Of a stretch of 64,000 nt of DNA, positions 14,601-28,399 are shown piece by piece. The translations under genes and the position numbers were made by a program. Location: NCBI GenBank assembly GCA_964016885.1, contig OZ024744.1:17484001-17548000 (forward strand). The letters are read 5' to 3'. Within the stretch, counting starts at the first letter, position 1. The number at the start of each line of letters is the position of its first letter. The notes below the pieces were generated by a model. The model searched no databases, was not told where the DNA came from, and saw only the letters and a program-made list of their open reading frames with translations. The DNA comes from Eledone cirrhosa. Its lineage: Eukaryota.

Positions 14601-17600
14601 TCATTGCTGACCTGTACACCATCAGATATTGACGACATGTTGATACTCATTGCCGACCTGTACACCATAAGACATTGACGACAGGTTGATACTCATTGCT
14701 GACCTGTACACCTCGGACATTGACGGCAGGTTGATACTCTTTGCTGACCTGTACACCATCATATATTGACGGCAGGTTGATATTCATTGCTGACTTGTAC
14801 CCCATCAGACATTGACGACAGGTTGATACTCATTGCTAACCTGTACACAATCAGACATTGACGACAGGTTGATACTCATTGCTGACCTGTACACCATCAG
14901 ACATTGACGGCAGGTTGATACTCATTGCTGACCTGTACACCATCAGGTATTGACGGCAGGTTGATACTCATTGCTGACCTGTACACCATAAGACATTGAC
15001 GACAGGTTGATACTCATTGCTGACCTGTACACCATCGGACATTGACGGCAGGTTGATACTCTTTGCTGACCTGTACACCATCATATATTGACGGCAGGTT
15101 GATATTCATTGCTGACTTGTACCCCATCAGACATTGACGACAGGTTGATACTCATTGCTAACCTGTACACAATCAGACATTGACGACAGGTTGATACTCA
15201 TTGCTGACCTGTACACAAGCAGACGTTGACGGCAGGTTGATACTTTTTGCTGACCTGTACACCATCAGATACTCACGATCGTTTGATAATCATTGCTGGC
15301 CTGTACACCATCAGGTATTGACGACAGGTTGGTACCCATTGCTGACTTGTACACCATCAGGTATTGACGGCAGGTTGATACACATTGTTGACCTGTACAC
15401 CATCAGACATTGACGGCAGGTTGATACTCATTGCTGACCTGTACACCATCAGACATTGACGGCAGGTTGATACTCATTGCTGACCTGTACACCATCATAT
15501 ATTGACGGCAGGTTGATATTCATTGCTGACTTGTACCCCATCAGACATTGACGACAGGTTGATACTCATTGCTAACCTGTACACCATCAGACATTGCCGA
15601 CAGGTTGTTACTCATTGCTGACCTGTACACCAGCAGGTATTGACGGCAGGTTGATACTCATTGCTGACCTGTACACCATCAGACATTGACGACAGGTTGA
15701 TACTCATTGCTGACCTTTACACCATCAAACTCTGACGGCAGGTTGATACTCATAGTTGACCTGTACACCATCAAGTATTGACGACAGGTTGATACTCATT
15801 AGTGACCTGTACACCATCAGGTATTGACGGCAGGTTGATACACATTGCTGACCTGTACACCATCAGACATGGACGACAGGTTGATACTCATTGCTGACCT
15901 GTACACCATCAGATACTGACGACAGGTTGATACTCATTGCTGACCTGTACACAAGCAGACGTTGACGGCAGGTTGATACTCTTTGCTGACCTGTACACCA
16001 TCAGATACTCACGATCGTTTGATACTCATTGCTGACCTGTACAGCATCAGACATTGACGCCAGGTTGATACTCATTGCTGACTTGTACACCATCAGATAC
16101 TGACAACAGGTTGATACTCATTGCTGACCTGTACACCATCAGACATTGACGGCAGGTTGATACTCATTGCTGACCTGTACACCATCAGGTATTGACGACA
16201 GATTGATATCATTGCTAACCTGTACACCATCAGACATTGACGACATGTTGATACTCATTGCTGACCTGTACACCATCAGACATTGACGGCAGGTTGATAC
16301 TCATTGCTGACCTGTACACTATCAGTTATTGACGACAAGTTGATACTCATTGCTAACCTGTACACCATAAGACATTGACGACAGGTTGATACTCATTGCT
16401 GACCTGTACACCATCAGACATTGACGGCAGGTTGATACTCATTGCTGACCTGTACACCATCAGATATTGACGACATGTTGATACTCATTGCCGACCTGTA
16501 CACCATAAGACATTGACGACAGGTTGATACTCATTGCTGACCTGTACACCATCGGACATTGACGGCAGGTTGATACTCTTTGCTGACCTGTACACCATCA
16601 GGTATTGACGGCAGGTTGATACTCATTGCTGACCTGTACACCATCAGGTATTGACGGCAGGTTGATACTCATTGCTGACCTGTACACCATAAGACATTGA
16701 CGACAGGTTGATACTCATTGCTGACCTTTACACCATCAAACTCTGACGGCAGGTTGATACACATAGTTGACCTGTACACCATCAAGTATTGACGACAGGT
16801 TGATACTCATTAGTGACCTGTACACCATCAGGTATTGACGGCAGGTTGATACACATTGCTGACCTGTACACCATCAGACATTCACGACAGGTTGATACTC
16901 ATTGCTGACCTGTACACCATCAGATACTGACGACAGGTTGATACTCATTGCTGACCTGTACACAAGCAGACGTTGACGGCAGGTTGATACTCTTTGCTGA
17001 CCTGTACACCATCAGATACTCACGATCGTTTGATAATCATTGCTGGCCTGTACACCATCAGGTATTGACGACAGGTTGGTACCCATTGCTGACTTGTACA
17101 CCATCAGGTATTGACGGCAGGTTGATACACATTGTTGACCTGTACACCATCAGACATTGACGGCAGGTTGATACACATTGCTGACCTATACACCATCAGG
17201 TATTGACGACAGGTTGATATCATTGCTAACCTGTACACCATCAGACATTGACGACAGGTTGATACTCATTGCTGACCTGTACACCATCAGATACTGACGA
17301 CAGGTTGATACTCATTGCTGACCTGTACACCATCAGATATTGACGGCAGGTTGATACTCATTGCTTACCTGTACACCATCAGACATTGACAACAGGTTGA
17401 TACTCATTGCTGACCTGTACACCATCAGACATTGACGGCAGGTTGATACTCATTGCTGACCTGTACACCATCAGGTATTGACGACAGGTTGATATCATTG
17501 CTAACCTGTACACCATCAGACATTGACGACATGTTGATACTCATTGCTGACCTGTACACCATCAGACATTGACAGCAGGTTGATAACATTGCTAACCTGT

Positions 17601-20569
17601 ACACCATCAGACATTGACGACAGGTTGATACTCATTGCTGACCTGTACACCATCAGACATTGACAGCAGGTTGATACACGTTGCTGACCTGTACACCATC
17701 ATACATTGACGACGGGTTGATACTCATTGCTGACCTGTACACCATCAGACATTGACGACAGGTTAATACTCATTGCTGACTTGTACACCATCACATATTG
17801 ACGGCAGGTTGATACTCATTTCTGACCTGTACACCATCAGACATTGACGGCAGGTTGATACTCATTGCTGACCTGTACACCATCAGATATTGACGACATG
17901 TTGATACTCATTGCTGACCTGTACACCATCAGACATTGACGGCAGGTTGATACTCATTGCTGACCTGTACACCATCAGTTATTGACGACAAGTTGATACT
18001 CATTGCTGACCTGTACACCATCAGATATTGACAGCAGGTTGATACTCATTGCTGACTTGTACACCATCAGACATTGACGGCAGGTTGATACTCATTGCTG
18101 ACCTGTACACCATCAGATGCTGACGATCGTTTGATAATAATGGCTGGTCTGTACACCATCAGGTATTGACGACAGGTTGGTACTCATTGCTGACTTGTAC
18201 ACCATCAGGTATTGACGGCAGGTTGATACACATTGTTGACCTGTACACCATCACGTATTGTCGACAGGTTGATACTCATTGCTGACCTGTGCACCATAAG
18301 ACATTGACGACAGGTTGATACTCATTGCTGACCTGTACACCATCAGACATTGACGGCAGGTCGATACTCATTGCTGACCTGTACACCATCATATATTGAC
18401 GGCAGGTTGATATTCATTGCTGACCAGTACACCATCAGACATTGACGACAAGTTGATACTCATTGCTGACCTGTACACCATCAGACATTGACGGCAGGTT
18501 GATACTCATTGCTGACCTGTACACCATCAGGTATTGTCGGCAGGTTGATACTCATTGCTGACTTGTACACCATCAGATACTGACAACAGATTGATACTCA
18601 TTGCTGACCTGTACACCATCAAACTCTGACGGCAGGTTGATACTCATAGTTGACCTGTACACCATCAAGTATTGACGACAGGTTGATACTCATTAGTGAC
18701 CTGTACACCATCAGGTATTGACGGCAGGTTGATACACATTGCTGACCTGTACACCATCAGACATGGACGACAGGTTGATATCATTGCTAACCTGTACACC
18801 ATCAGACATTGACGACAGGTTGATACTCATTGCTGACCTGTACACCATCAGACATTGACAGCAGGTTGATACACATTGCTGACCTGTACACCATCATACA
18901 TCGACGACGGGTTGATACTCATTGCTGACCTGTACACCATCAGACATTGACGACAGGTTGATACTCATTGCTGACTTGTACACCATCAGATACTGACAAC
19001 AGGTTGATACTCATTGCTGACTTGTACACCATCAGACATTGACGGCAGGTTGATACTCATTGCTGACCTGTACACCATCAGGTATTGACGACAGGTTGAT
19101 ATCATTGCTAACCTGTACACCATCAGACATTGACAACAGGTTGATACTCATTGCTGACCTGTACACCATCAGACATTGACAGCAGGTTGATACACATTGC
19201 TGACCTGTACACCATCATACATTGACGACGGGTTGATACTCATTGCTGACTTGTACACCATCAGGTATTGACGGCAGGTTGATACTCATTTCTGACCTGT
19301 ACACCATCAGACATTGACGGCATGTTGATACTCATTGCTGACCTGTACACCATCAGATATTGACGACATGTTGATACTCATTGCTGACTTGTACACCATC
19401 AGACATTGACGGCAGGTTGATACTCATTGCTGACCTGTACACCATCAGCTATTGACAGCAGGTTGATACTCATTGCTGACTTGTACACCATCAGACATTG
19501 ACGGCAGGTTGATACTCATTGCTGACCTGTACACCATCAGACATTGACGGCAGGTTGATACTCATTGCTGACCTGTACACCATCAGGTATTGACGACAGG
19601 TTGATACTCATTGCTGACCTGTACACCATAAGACATTGACGACAGGTTGATACTCATTGCTGACCTGTACACCATCAGACATTGACGGCAGGTTGATACT
19701 CATTGCTGACCTGTACACCATCATATATTGACGGCAGGTTGATATTCATTGCTGACTTGTACCCCATCAGACATTGACGACAGGTTGATACTCATTGCTA
19801 ACCTGTACACCATCAGACATTGACGACAGTTTGATACTCATTCCTGACCTGTACACCATCAGACATTGACGGCAGGTTGATACTCATTGCTAACCTGTAC
19901 ACCATCAGACATTGACGACAGGTTGATACTCATTGCTGACTTGTACACCATCAGATACTGACAACAGGTTGATACTCATTGCTGACCTGTACACCATCAG
20001 ACATTGACAGCAGGTTGATACTCATTGTTGACCAGTACACCATCAGATATTGACGACAGGTTGATACTCATTAGTGACCTGTACACCATCAGGTATTGAC
20101 GGCAGGTTGATACTCATTGCTGACCTGTACACCATCAGATACTGACGGCAGGTTGATACTCATTGCTGACCTGTACACCATCAGACATTGACGACAGGTT
20201 GATACTCATTGCTGACTTGTACACCATCAGATACTGACAACAGGTTGATACTCATTGCTGACCTGTACACCATCACACATTGACGGCAGGTTGATAATCA
20301 TTGCTGACTTGTACACCATCAGGCATTGACGGCAGGTTGATACACATTGTTGACCTGTACACCATCAGGTATTGACGACAGGTTGATACTCATTGCTGAC
20401 CTGTGCACCACAAGACATTGACGACAGGTTGATACTCATTGCTGACCTGTACACCATCAGACATTGACGGCAGGTCGATACTCATTGCTGACCTGTACAC
20501 CATCATATACTGACGGCAGGTTGATATTCATTGCTGACTTGTACACCATCAGACATTGACGACAGGTTG

Positions 20570-23500
20570 ATACTCATTGCTGACCTGTACACCATCAAAC
20601 TCTGACGGCAGGTTGATACTCATAGTTGACCTGTACACCATCAAGTATTGACGACAGGTTGATACTCATTGCTGACCTGTACATCATCAGACATTGACGG
20701 CAGGTTGATACTCATTGCTGACCTGTACACCATCAGGTATTGACGACAGGTTGATATCATTGCTAACCTGTACACCATCAGACATTGACGACAGGTTGAT
20801 ACTCATTGCTGACCTGTACACCATCAGACATTGACAGCAGGTTGATACACATTGCTGACCTGTACACCATCATACATTGACGACGGGTTGATACTCATTG
20901 CTGACCTGTACACCATCAGACATTGACGACAGGTTAATACTCATTGCTGACTTGTACACCATCAGGTATTGACGCCAGGTTGTTACTCATTTCTGACCTG
21001 TACACCATCAGACATTGACGGCAGGTTGATACTCATTGCTGAATTGTACACCATCAGATATTGACGACATGTTGATACTCATTGCTGACCTGTACACCAT
21101 CAGACATTGACGGCAGGTTGATACACATTGCTGACCTGTACACCATCATACATCGACGACGGGTTGATACTCATTGCTGACCTGTACACCATCAGACATT
21201 GACGACAGGTTGATACTCATTGCTGACTTGTACACCATCAGATACTGACAACAGGTTGATACTCATTGCTGACCTGTACACCATCAGGTATTGACGACAG
21301 GTTGATATCATTGCTAACCTGTACACCATCAGACATTGACAACAGGTTGATACTCATTGCTGACCTGTACACCATCAGACATTGACAGCAGGTTGATACA
21401 CATTGCTGACCTGTACACCATCATACATTGACGACGGGTTGATACTCATTGCTGACCTGTACACCATCAGACATTGACGACAGGTTAATACTCATTGCTG
21501 ACTTGTACACCATCAGGTATTGACGGCAGGTTGATACTCATTTCTGACCTGTACACCATCAGACATTGACGGCAGGTTGATACTCATTGCTGACCTGTAC
21601 ACCATCAGATATTGACGACATGTTGATACTCATTGCTGACCTGTACACCATCAGACATTGACGCCAGGTTGATACTCATTGCTGACCTGTACACCATCAG
21701 TTATTGACGACAAGTTGATACTCATTGCTGACCTGTACACCATCAGCTATTGACAGCAGGTTGATACTCATTGCTGACTTGTACACCATCAGACATTGAC
21801 GGCAGGTTGATACTCATTGCTGACCTGTACACAATCATATACTGACGGCAGGTTGATATTCATTGCTGACTTGTACACCATCAGACATTGACGACAGGTT
21901 GATACACATTGTTGACCTGTACACCATCAGGTATTGACGACAGGTTGATACTCATTGCTGACCTGTGCACCACAAGACATTGACGACAGGTTGATACTCA
22001 TTGCTGACCTGTACACCATCAGACATTGACGGCAGGTCGATACTCATTGCTGACCTGTACACCATCATATACTGACGGCAGGTTGATATTCATTGCTGAC
22101 CTGTACACCATCAGACATTGACGACAGGTTGATACTCATTGCTGACCTGTACACCATCAGACATTGACGGCAGGTTGATACTCATTGCTGACCTGTACAC
22201 CATCAGACATTGACGACAGGTTGATACTCATTGCTGACCTGTACACCATCAGATATTGACGGCAGGTTGATACTCATTGCTGACCTGTACACCATCAGGT
22301 ATTGACGGCAGGTTGATACTCATTGCTGACTTGTACACCATCAGATACTGACAACAGATTGATACTCATTGCTGACCTGTACACCATCAAACTCTGACGG
22401 CAGGTTGATACTCATAGTTGACCTGTACACCATCAAGTATTGACGACAGGTTGATACTCATTGCTGACCTGTACATCATCAGACATTGACGGCAGGTTGA
22501 TACTCATTGCTGACCTGTACACCATCAGGTATTGACGACAGGTTGATATCATTGCTAACCTGTACACCATCAGACATTGACGACAGGTTGATACTCATTG
22601 CTGACCTGTACACCATCAGACATTGACAGCAGGTTGATACACATTGCTGACCTGTACACCATCATACATTGACGACGGGTTGATACTCATTGCTGACCTG
22701 TACACCATCAGACATTGACGACAGGTTAATACTCATTGCTGACTTGTACACCATCAGGTATTGACGGCAGGTTGTTACTCATTTCTGACCTGTACACCAT
22801 CAGACATTGACGGCAGGTTGATACTCATTGCTGAATTGTACACCATCAGATATTGACGACATGTTGATACTCATTGCTGACCTGTACACCATCAGACATT
22901 GACGGCAGGTTGATACACATTGCTGACCTGTACACCATCATACATCGACGACGGGTTGATACTCATTGCTGACCTGTACACCATCAGACATTGACGACAG
23001 GTTGATACTCATTGCTGACTTGTACACCATCAGATACTGACAACAGGTTGATACTCATTGCTGACCTGTACACCATCAGACATTGACGACAGGTTGATAC
23101 TCATTGCTGACCTGTACACCATCAGACATTGACGGCAGGTTGATACTCATTGCTGACCTGTACACCATCAGGTATTGACGACAGGTTGATATCATTGCTA
23201 ACCTGTACACAATCAGACATTGACGACAGGTTGATACTCATTGCTGACCTGTACACCATCAGACATTGACAGCAGGTTGATACACATTGCTGACCTGTAC
23301 ACCATCATACATTGACGACGGGTTGATACTCATTGCTGACCTGTACACCATCAGACATTGACGACAGGTTAATACTCATTGCTGACTTGTACACCATCAG
23401 GTATTGACGGCAGGTTGATACTCATTTCTGACCTGTACACCATCAGACATTGACGGCAGGTTGATACTCATTGCTGAATTGTACACCATCAGATATTGAC

Positions 23501-25480
23501 GACATGTTGATACACATTGCTGACCTGTACACCATCAGACATTGACGGCAGGTTGATACTCATTGCTGACCTGTACACCATCAGTTATTGACGACAAGTT
23601 GATACTCATTGCTGACCTGTACACCATCAGATATTGACAGCAGGTTGATACTCATTGCTGACTTGTACACCATCAGACATTGACGGCAGGTTGATATTCA
23701 TTGCTGACTTGTACCCCATCAGACATTGACGACAGGTTGATACTCATTGCTAACCTGTACACCATCAGACATTGACGACATGTTGATACTCATTGCTGAC
23801 CTGTACACCATCAGACATTGACGGCAGGTTGATACTCATTGCTAACCTGTACACCATCAGACATTGACGACAGGTTGATACTCATTGCTGACTTGTACAC
23901 CATCAGATACTGACAACAGGTTGATACTCATTGCTGACCTGTACACCATCAAACTCTGACGGCAGGTTGATACTCATAGTTGACCTGTACACCATCAAGT
24001 ATTGACGACAGGTTGATACTCATTAGTGACCTGTACACCATCAGGTATTGACGGCAGGTTGATACACATTGCTGACCTGTACACCATCAGACATGGACGA
24101 CAGGTTGATACTCATTGCTGACCTGTACACCATCAGGTATTGACGGCAGGTTGATACTCATTGCTGACTTGTACACCATCAGATACTGACAACAGATTGA
24201 TACTCATTGCTGACCTGTACACCATCAAACTCTGACGGCAGGTTGATACTCATAGTTGACCTGTACACCATCAAGTATTGACGACAGGTTGATACTCATT
24301 GCTGACCTGTACACCATCAGGTATTGACGACAGGTTGATATCATTGCTAACCTGTACACCATCAGACATTGACGACAGGTTGATACTCATTGCTGACCTG
24401 TACACCATCAGACATTGACAGCAGGTTGATACACATTGCTGACCTGTACACCATCATACATTGACGACGGGTTGATACTCATTGCTGACCTGTACACCAT
24501 CAGACATTGACGACAGGTTAATACTCATTGCTGACTTGTACACCATCAGGTATTGACGGCAGGTTGTTACTCATTTCTGACCTGTACACCATCAGACATT
24601 GACGGCAGGTTGATACTCATTGCTGAATTGTACACCATCAGATATTGACGACATGTTGATACTCATTGCTGACCTGTACACCATCAGACATTGACGGCAG
24701 GTTGATACACATTGCTGACCTGTACACCATCATACATCGACGACGGGTTGATACTCATTGCTGACCTGTACACCATCAGACATTGACGACAGGTTGATAC
24801 TCATTGCTGACTTGTACACCATCAGATACTGACAACAGGTTGATACTCATTGCTGACCTGTACACCATCAGACATTGACGACAGGTTGATACTCATTGCT
24901 GACCTGTACACCATCAGACATTGACGGCAGGTTGATACTCATTGCTGACCTGTACACCATCAGGTATTGACGACAGGTTGATATCATTGCTAACCTGTAC
25001 ACAATCAGACATTGACGACAGGTTGATACTCATTGCTGACCTGTACACCATCAGACATTGACAGCAGGTTGATACACATTGCTGACCTGTACACCATCAT
25101 ACATTGACGACGGGTTGATACTCATTGCTGACCTGTACACCATCAGACATTGACGACAGGTTAATACTCATTGCTGACTTGTACACCATCAGGTATTGAC
25201 GGCAGGTTGATACTCATTTCTGACCTGTACACCATCAGACATTGACGGCAGGTTGATACTCATTGCTGAATTGTACACCATCAGATATTGACGACATGTT
25301 GATACACATTGCTGACCTGTACACCATCAGACATTGACGGCAGGTTGATACTCATTGCTGACCTGTACACCATCAGTTATTGACGACAAGTTGATACTCA
25401 TTGCTGACCTGTACACCATCAGATATTGACAGCAGGTTGATACTCATTGCTGACTTGTACACCATCAGACATTGACGGCA
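20570..25480. repeat. Local higher-order repeat, three related copies with 1792-bp (39-monomer) period
   Basis: GTTACTCATTTCTG at 20982, 22774, 24566 and CATCGACGACGGG at 21151, 22943, 24735; both spacings are 1792. Confidence 0.85.
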
Positions 25481-26927
25481 GGTTGATACACATTGCTGAC
25501 CTGTACACCATCAGACATTGACGGCAGGTTGATACTCATCGCTGACCTGTACACCATCAGGTATTGACGACAGGTTGATACTCATTGCTGACCTGTACAC
25601 CATAAGACATTGACGACAGGTTGATACTCATTGCTGACCTGTACACCATCAGACATTGACGGCAGGTTGATACTCATTGCTGACCTGTACACCATCATAT
25701 ATTGACGGCAGGTTGATATTCATTGCTGACTTGTACCCCATCAGACATTGACGACAGGTTGATACTCATTGCTAACCTGTACACCATCAGACATTGACGA
25801 CAGGTTGATACTCATTGCTGACCTGTACACCATCAGACATTGACGGCAGGTTGATACTCATTGCTAACCTGTACACCATCAGACATTGACGACAGGTTGA
25901 TACTCATTGCTGACTTGTACACCATCAGATACTGACAACAGGTTGATACTCATTGCTGACCTGTACACCATCAAACTCTGACGGCAGGTTGATACTCATA
26001 GTTGACCTGTACACCATCAAGTATTGACGACAGGTTGATACTCATTAGTGACCTGTACACCATCAGGTATTGACGGCAGGTTGATACACATTGCTGACCT
26101 GTACACCATCAGACATGGACGACAGGTTGATACTCATTGCTGACCTGTACACCATCAGATACTGACGATAGGTTGATACTCATTGCTGACCTGTACACAC
26201 GCAGACGTTGACGGCAGGTTGATACTCTTTGCTGACCTGTACACCATCAGATACTCACGATCGTTTGATAATCATTGCTGGCCTGTACACCATCAGGTAT
26301 TGACGACAGGTTGGTACTCATTGCTGACTTGTACACCATTAGGTATTGACGGCAGGTTGATACACATTGTTGACCTGTACACAATCAGACATTGACGGCA
26401 GGTTGATACACATTGCTGACCTGTACACCATCAGGTATTGACGACAGGTTGATATCATTGCTAACCTGTACACCATCAGACATTGACGACAGGTTGATAC
26501 TCATTGCTGACCTGTACACCATCAGATACTGACGACAGGTTGATACTCATTGCTGACCTGTACACCATCAGACATTGACGGCAGGTTGATACTCATTGCT
26601 TACCTGTACACCATCAGACATTGACAGCAGGTTGATACTCATTGTTGACCAGTACACCATCAGATATTGACGACAGGTTGATAGACATTAGTGACCTGTA
26701 CACCATCAGGTATTGACGGCAGGTTGATACTCATTGCTGACCTGTACACCATCAGATACTGACGGCAGGTTGATACTCATTGCTGACCTGTACACCATCA
26801 GACATTGACGACAGGTTGATACTCATTGCTGACTTGTACACCATCAGATACTGACAACAGGTTGATACTCATTGCTGACCTGTACACCATCAGACATTGA
26901 CGGCAGGTTGATACTCATTGCTGACCT

Positions 26928-27432
26928 GTACACCATCAGGTATTGACGACAGGTTGATATCATTGCTAACCTGTACACCATCAGACATTGACGACAGGTT
27001 GATACTCATTGCTGACCTGTACACCATCAGACATTGACAGCAGGTTGATACACGTTGCTGACCTGTACACCATCATACATTGACGACGGGTTGATACTCA
27101 TTGCTGACCTGTACACCATCAGACATTGACGACAGGTTAATACTCATTGCTGACTTGTACACCATCAGGTATTGACGGCAGGTTGATACTCATTTCTGAC
27201 CTGTACACCATCAGACATTGACGGCAGGTTGATACTCATTGCTGACCTGTACACCATCAGATATTGACGACATGTTGATACTCATTGCTGACCTGTACAC
27301 CATCAGACATTGACGGCAGGTTGATACTCATTGCTGACCTGTACACCATCAGTTATTGACGACAAGTTGATACTCATTGCTGACCTGTACACCATCAGAT
27401 ATTGACAGCAGGTTGATACTCATTGCTGACTT
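26928..27432. repeat. Representative left-domain 11-monomer cassette
   Basis: Order: GGTATT/GATATC-GCTAAC (45 bp), consensus, GACAGC/ACAC, TACATT/GACGGG, GGTTAA/GACTT, GGTATT/CATTTC, consensus, GATATT/ACATGT, consensus, GTTATT/ACAAGT, GATATT/GACAGC/GACTT. The same order is seen near 21.3, 23.2 and 25.0 kb. Confidence 0.85.
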
Positions 27433-28399
27433 GTACACCATCAGACACTGACGGCAGGTTGATACTCATTGCTGACCTGTACACCATCAGACATTGACGG
27501 CAGGTTGATACACATTGCTGACCTGTGCACCATCATTTATTGACGACAGGTTGATACTCATTGCTGACCAGTACACCATCAGAAATTGACGGCAGGTTGA
27601 TACTCATTGCTGACCTGTACACCATCAGACATTGACGGTAGGTTGATACTCATTGCTGACTTGTACACCATCAGATACTGACGACAGGTTGATACTCATT
27701 GCTGACCTGTACACCATCAGACACTGACGGCAGGTTGATGCTCATTGCTGACCTGTACACCATCAGACATTGACGGCAGGTTGATACTCATTGCTGACCT
27801 GTACACCATCAGTTATTGACGACAAGTTGATACTCATTGTTGACCTGTACAACATCAGACATTGATGACAGGTTGATACTCATTGCTGACCTATACACCA
27901 TCAGACATTGACGGCAGGTTGATACTCATTGCTGACATGTACACCATCAGACATTGACGACAGGTTCATACTCATTGCTGACCTGTACACCATCAGATAC
28001 TGACGACAAGTTGATACTCATTGCACACCTGTACACCATACTGCATTGACGGCAGGTTGATACTATTTGCTGACCTGTACACCATCAGGTATTGACGACA
28101 GGTTGATACTAATTGCTGACCTGTACACCATCAGGTATTGACGACAGGTTGATACTCATTGCTGACCTGTACACCATCAGACATTGACGGCAGGTTTATA
28201 CTCATTGCTGACCTGTACACCATCAGATACTGACGACAGGTTGATACTCATTGCTGACCTGTACACCATCAGATACTGACGACAGGTTGATACTCATTCC
28301 TGACCTGTACACCATCAGGTATTGACGACAGGTTGGTACTCATTGTTGACCTGTACACCATCAGTTACTGACGACAGGTTGATACTCATTGCTGACCTG

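Noticed and set aside
4634-26395. + strand ORFs (4634, 15201, 16948, 26183) as real genes
   Set aside because: They are 70-84 aa, start at GTG/TTG inside the repeat, have no flanking unique sequence, and arise from stop loss in one duplicated variant cassette.
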